Positions 24,440 through 28,129 of a DNA stretch of 28,129 bases are shown here, piece by piece (within the stretch, counting starts at the first letter, position 1; each line of letters starts with the position of its first letter). A program made the position numbers and the translations under genes. Source of the stretch: Candidatus Lithacetigena glycinireducens (GTDB lineage Bacteria; Coprothermobacterota; HKB111); assembly GCA_018725485.1 (NCBI GenBank), contig QLUP01000001.1, positions 1-28,129 of the forward strand, read 5' to 3'. The notes beneath the pieces were generated by a model. It was not told the DNA's origin. It did not search any database and saw nothing but the letters and a program-made list of their open reading frames with translations.

Positions 24440-24844
24440 ATGCAAGAGGAAAGAAAGATTATGGTAAGGAATAACCAGGCGGAAGCCTGGGAAGAAATTT
24501 TAAAACTGTGGAAGGAACTGGCAGAAATGCCGGACCAAGCCATTGAAAATGGTGATTGGATTGCGTTTAACAACGCAATCCTGAACAAGTTAGGGATTGG
24601 AAATAGAAGGCACGGGAGTGCTTTCTGTGAGAGGTTTTACAAAACTCCCTTCTGTCCGTTGGGGGATTGTTCGGATAAGGTGGATAAGAAACCTTGTTGG
24701 TCAACTCCCTTTTTAGAGTGGGAGTGGGAAGCGAATGAGAAGGGCTGGCATGTAAAAATGCTAGCTCAAGACTTCTTGGATTTTTTGATATACAAGAAAG
24801 AGACAGACGAGAAGTATGGAACAATCCAAGAAGAGGATGAGTAA
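24440..24844 (+). CDS. Cys4 early protein, paralogue 2
   Basis: Same AWEE.L.LW..LAE.PD, FCE....TP.CPLGDCS and PCWS.TP..EWE motifs; SD AGGAGGT. Confidence 0.8.
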   Translation: MQEERKIMVRNNQAEAWEEILKLWKELAEMPDQAIENGDWIAFNNAILNKLGIGNRRHGSAFCERFYKTPFCPLGDCSDKVDKKPCWSTPFLEWEWEANEKGWHVKMLAQDFLDFLIYKKETDEKYGTIQEEDE

Positions 24845-24862
24845 ATAAAAAAGGAGGTTAAA

Positions 24863-25063
24863 ATGTTAAGGAATCTTGATTTAAGGATTATTGAGTATGC
24901 TGCTAGGAGAGTTTTGACTTGTTCTGGTTGTGGTTATGAATTAGAGTCTCGATCCATAGATTCGTTGGTGAGAAGAGCCAATGAAAATGGCTGGAGATAC
25001 GACTATCAAGAGGATGGGATCTATTGTTCTGATTGCTTGGTAATAATAAAAGAAGGAGGTTAG
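24863..25063 (+). CDS. Small zinc-ribbon-like protein
   Basis: CSGC and CSDC pairs; SD AGGAGGT. Confidence 0.65.
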   Translation: MLRNLDLRIIEYAARRVLTCSGCGYELESRSIDSLVRRANENGWRYDYQEDGIYCSDCLVIIKEGG

Positions 25064-25066
25064 AAA

Positions 25067-25420
25067 ATGAAAAGAATTACAAAAAAGGTTGCAGGTAAAA
25101 GAGGTAAGATAGGTGCTATCTATATTAGAGATGATAGCGAAGATAGAAAAGGGTGGCAAATGATACTCATACACCCTGACGGAAGAGTGGAGTATCCGAG
25201 AGAAGGATATTTACATAAGAACCGGGCGGAGGTATACCGATGCGCCCGAGCTATGTATGCCCCAGAGTGTTGGGGCTGGAGAGAAAGGGATAAGTCAATA
25301 CTGCTCGACTATCCTGATCTCACGGAAGAGGAAGAAGAAGTTGAAAAGAACGAGACTTTAAAGGAATCAAAATTTTGGTCTGAGGTGAAACGAAATTGGA
25401 AAGAAGAATCTACAGTGTAA
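25067..25420 (+). CDS. Early protein, WRERDKS family copy 1
   Basis: Paralogue of 27770-28054; SD AGGAGGT. Confidence 0.75.
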   Translation: MKRITKKVAGKRGKIGAIYIRDDSEDRKGWQMILIHPDGRVEYPREGYLHKNRAEVYRCARAMYAPECWGWRERDKSILLDYPDLTEEEEEVEKNETLKESKFWSEVKRNWKEESTV

Positions 25421-25599
25421 CTCAGGCCGCTAGACACTCGGGGTACTCCCGAGTGTCTATCTATTTGAAGATAAAAGCAGGAATTATCCAGGCTGTTTTG
25501 CTGGGAGATAAGCAATACATCTCCCAGCGAGAGTTGAACAAACTAATAAAAATGAAACAAAAAGGAAAAGGAGGTAAGAAGGATGTTTGTAAAAATTAG
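25396..25599 (+). CDS. Excisionase-like helix-turn-helix DNA-binding protein
   Basis: YSVTQAARHSGYSRVSIYLKIKAG.I.A..LG..YIS..EL is a MerR/HTH_17-type pattern; TTG start with SD GAGGTG. Confidence 0.75.
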   Translation: MERRIYSVTQAARHSGYSRVSIYLKIKAGIIQAVLLGDKQYISQRELNKLIKMKQKGKGGKKDVCKN

Positions 25600-25783
25600 A
25601 ATGAAGGACGGAAGTGAAGAAGTTTTTGATACTGACAAAATAACACTTGTCAGTAAAGATTGGGGTAAACCCATCTACACCATACATATAAGTGAAAACA
25701 AATATGTGAGGGTTGATGAGGGGATTTATCAGGCTCTTATGGAAAGATTAGAGCCTGTGTTATTAATAGCAAAGGAGGGTTAA
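25583..25783 (+). CDS. Hypothetical early protein
   Basis: 66 aa, SD GGAGGT. Confidence 0.6.
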   Translation: MFVKIRMKDGSEEVFDTDKITLVSKDWGKPIYTIHISENKYVRVDEGIYQALMERLEPVLLIAKEG

Positions 25784-25784
25784 A

Positions 25785-26627
25785 ATGGAAAGTAAAAAGG
25801 AAGAAAAAATGAGTAAAATTGTAAGAAAAGAAAGTGAGGTTCTCCCGTCTCGAATGGGGGAATTAATTAAGTTCTCAGAGTTACTCTACAAATCGGGTAT
25901 GTTTCCTAATGTCAACTCCGCTATGGGGGCCTTAGCTATCATAGAATATGGAAGGGAATTGGGAATCCCTCCCGTAATAGCCTTAAACTCCATCTCAGTC
26001 ATTAAAGGGCGTTTATGTGCGAGCGCCCAACTAATGTTGGGATTAGCGGTAAGAAACGGGGTAACTTATAAAGTTGAAACCAGCACTGATAAGGTTTGTA
26101 GAATTAAATTTGTCAACGGTAACTTAGAATATGTATCAGAATACACCATCGAGGAAGCCGAAAAGGCAGGACTAGTAAGACCTGGTAGTAGCTGGACAAA
26201 CTACCCTAAAGATATGCTCTGGTCTCGTTGTGTAAGTAGGGGTCTGCGAAGGGTTAATCCCCTACCCATGGCAGGGTTATATCCTATTGAAGAAATACAT
26301 GATGTGAATGATGTGGATATTGAGCCTGCACCAGAAAATAACGAAACAATAATGCCAGTAGTTGAAGTACCAGAAGACCTATCTTGGCCTACTTTTTGGG
26401 GTAAGATTAAGTCCCTCGGGCTAACTGAGGAGGAGGCGCACAATCTCCTCGGGGTAAAGAGTTTTAAGGAAATCATTGATGGAGGGCAAACTAAAAGGGA
26501 TATACTAAAAACCTTGTGGAGAGCAGTAAGGCAAAAAGAGGTATTGCCACCCAAGGAAGAAATATCTCCTTTAATAGAGCCCGAAGACATCTCCAAATTA
26601 GCTGGTTCGTGGGAGCCAGAAAAATAA
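25785..26627 (+). CDS. RecT/Redbeta-like single-strand annealing protein
   Basis: SGMFP...A.II.YGRELGIPP..ALNSISVIKG...SAQLM, EYTIEEAEKAGL, W..YPKDML..R..SR..R pattern typical of RecT-like phage recombinases. Confidence 0.75.
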   Translation: MESKKEEKMSKIVRKESEVLPSRMGELIKFSELLYKSGMFPNVNSAMGALAIIEYGRELGIPPVIALNSISVIKGRLCASAQLMLGLAVRNGVTYKVETSTDKVCRIKFVNGNLEYVSEYTIEEAEKAGLVRPGSSWTNYPKDMLWSRCVSRGLRRVNPLPMAGLYPIEEIHDVNDVDIEPAPENNETIMPVVEVPEDLSWPTFWGKIKSLGLTEEEAHNLLGVKSFKEIIDGGQTKRDILKTLWRAVRQKEVLPPKEEISPLIEPEDISKLAGSWEPEK

Positions 26628-26633
26628 TGAACT

Positions 26634-26684
26634 ACCCGCCTGTCTATTCAAAATTTCTACCACTAACAACATGGGCAGGCGGGT
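26634..26684 (+). other. Long intergenic stem-loop
   Basis: ACCCGCCTGTCTAT (26634-47) pairs with ATGGGCAGGCGGGT (26671-84), 14 bp with 2 G-U, 23-nt C/A-rich loop; no U-tract. Confidence 0.6.
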
Positions 26685-26712
26685 TCTATTTCATAAAAAG
26701 GAGGTTAATAAG

Positions 26713-27045
26713 ATGGAGGAAAGAGTAGAATTATTAGATTATTATAAAGTACAGTATGAGAAATTATTATATCATAACCAAGAACTACAAAATACAGTCG
26801 AAACATTAAGAAGACAGATTGAACAGTTAGAAAAACAGATCGAACCAAAAGCGTTAGAGACTATAAAGGGACAGTCAAAGATTATAGATGAGTTATATAT
26901 TGATTTGGCAGTTTTGCGGCGATTATCATTGTTAATTATAGAAGAATTGGAAAGGCAATACCCTGATAATGAAGTTATTAAATTGTTAGCAAAGAATATA
27001 TATAACAGAGTAAGCTGGCAGGAAGATGAAGATTATGATCGCTAA
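26713..27045 (+). CDS. Coiled-coil hypothetical protein
   Basis: SD AGGAGGT before ATG 26713 favours this start over 26671. Confidence 0.7.
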   Translation: MEERVELLDYYKVQYEKLLYHNQELQNTVETLRRQIEQLEKQIEPKALETIKGQSKIIDELYIDLAVLRRLSLLIIEELERQYPDNEVIKLLAKNIYNRVSWQEDEDYDR

Positions 27046-27059
27046 AAAAGGAGGACAAA

Positions 27060-27380
27060 TTGGAAGTATTAAATAGGCTAAAAAATGAGAAAGATATTAT
27101 CGGCTGGGTTAGGCAGCTCGCCCTGCCACCTAAAGATATCAGGCATTTTGAAATAACCGATATGTTAATAATCGCTACCTTTCGTTCCGACGAAAGGTAT
27201 TTACTTCGTTTTAGAGTACTTCATTCTTTTGGAGGTACTGTTTTACGAGTTATTAATGGTTGGTTAATCCAAAATCTCTGTGACCGTATATCCAGTTATA
27301 CACTGGAGGAGTTCACGGAAAAAACAGGGTGGGGAACTACCCTGGAAATTTATCAATACAAACAAGGAGGCGAAAAATGA
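27060..27380 (+). CDS. Hypothetical early protein
   Basis: TTG start with SD AGGAGG; N-terminus similar to the truncated ORF at 28073. Confidence 0.65.
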   Translation: MEVLNRLKNEKDIIGWVRQLALPPKDIRHFEITDMLIIATFRSDERYLLRFRVLHSFGGTVLRVINGWLIQNLCDRISSYTLEEFTEKTGWGTTLEIYQYKQGGEK

Positions 27381-27398
27381 AAGGAGGTAAAGAAAAAA

Positions 27399-27767
27399 AT
27401 GAAAGAGTTTAAAACATTGATGAGAGTAGGTGACCAATACTACCAAGTATTGGATCACACAGGAATAGCTGAACTTATAAAGATCAACCCTGTTGAACTT
27501 TATAGTGTATTAAGGTTTTATCTTAAAGGGGATAAGTTTGGTTTCCCCTTAAGTTGGGATGAAGAAAGAGACAAAGGAGAAAAGATTAGTAGGAAGATAA
27601 TAATAAGTTATCTTCATGATCGATGGAGTAGTGAGAGAGTTTATCAAATTACAGTTTCTTCCTATGATGAAAGCGGTCATCTGGAAGCAACTGAGCTCGT
27701 TAAATTTACTTTAAATGGTATTTACGAGTTATTTAAAAGTTTTCTTGAAAGGAGTTGTAGGAGGTAA
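27399..27767 (+). CDS. Hypothetical early protein
   Basis: 122 aa, SD AGGAGGT. Confidence 0.65.
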   Translation: MKEFKTLMRVGDQYYQVLDHTGIAELIKINPVELYSVLRFYLKGDKFGFPLSWDEERDKGEKISRKIIISYLHDRWSSERVYQITVSSYDESGHLEATELVKFTLNGIYELFKSFLERSCRR

Positions 27768-27769
27768 AA

Positions 27770-28054
27770 ATGATAAGGATTAATAAAAAAGGTAAAATGG
27801 TTGTAAGTAAGGAAGTAAGAGCAAGGGTTAGGGTTGTCAAATACCCACACGGTTGGGTTATAGTGCTTTTGTACCCAAAGTGGAAGGTAGAATTCCCTAA
27901 AGGGAGACATCCTCACTTGACAGAAGAGGATGCGTATGAGTGGGCAAGGAGTGTGTACAATAATGAAACATGGGCTTGGCGTGAGAGGGATAAGTCTATA
28001 ATAATAGATAACCCGTCCTATATTCCCGAAGCGGATAAGGACTTTACGCCGTAA
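27770..28054 (+). CDS. Early protein, WRERDKS family copy 2
   Basis: Paralogue of 25067-25420; SD AGGAGGT. Confidence 0.75.
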   Translation: MIRINKKGKMVVSKEVRARVRVVKYPHGWVIVLLYPKWKVEFPKGRHPHLTEEDAYEWARSVYNNETWAWRERDKSIIIDNPSYIPEADKDFTP

Positions 28055-28072
28055 TAAAGGAGGAAATTGGAA

Positions 28073-28129
28073 ATGTCAAATAGAGGGAGAAATGTTATCG
28101 ATTGGGTGAGGGAATATGCCATCCCGGCT
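28073..28129 (+). CDS. 3'-truncated ORF, probable paralogue of 27060-27380
   Basis: SD AAAGGAGG; MSNRGRNVIDWVREYAIPA versus NRLKNEKDIIGWVRQLALPP; in-frame TTG at 28067 is an alternative start. Confidence 0.55.
   Translation, partial: MSNRGRNVIDWVREYAIPA

Noticed and set aside
26651-26660. AATTTCTAC resembling the 5' part of a Cas12a repeat hairpin
   Set aside because: The complementary GTAGAT half is absent, it occurs once, and there are no spacers; chance match.
1-28129. tRNA/rRNA genes, integrase, repressor, alternative genetic code
   Set aside because: No cloverleaf or rRNA-like sequence in the short intergenic gaps; no integrase or CI-like ORF in the window, so lifestyle is undetermined; genes are intact under the standard bacterial code with all three stops used.

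Overview
About 28 kb of a low-GC tailed phage (siphovirus-type: tape measure and tail tube present, no sheath gene) with essentially all genes on the + strand. Order: terminase large subunit (5'-truncated), portal, head morphogenesis genes (gpF-like minor head protein, ChaB-protease-scaffold fusion, cement protein, major capsid), neck, tail (tube, chaperone with a C.CCU.UUA -1 frameshift site, tape measure, tail tip), tail fibre region, free-standing GIY-YIG endonuclease, lysis cassette (holin, amidase, second holin-like protein), Mom-like DNA-modification gene, an AT-rich control region with two tandem consensus sigma70/sigmaA promoters, and a run of small early genes including a RecT-like recombinase and several paralogue pairs. 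The most striking element lies inside the tail module (14914-17102): two adjacent small proteins with 37 Cys each, built from a (C-x-x-C-Q-x)n hexapeptide repeat, followed by a complete radical SAM/SPASM enzyme whose own N-terminus carries the same repeat. This looks like a phage-encoded, RiPP-like post-translational modification system possibly acting on virion components. All family assignments come from motif recognition and gene order, not from database searches.
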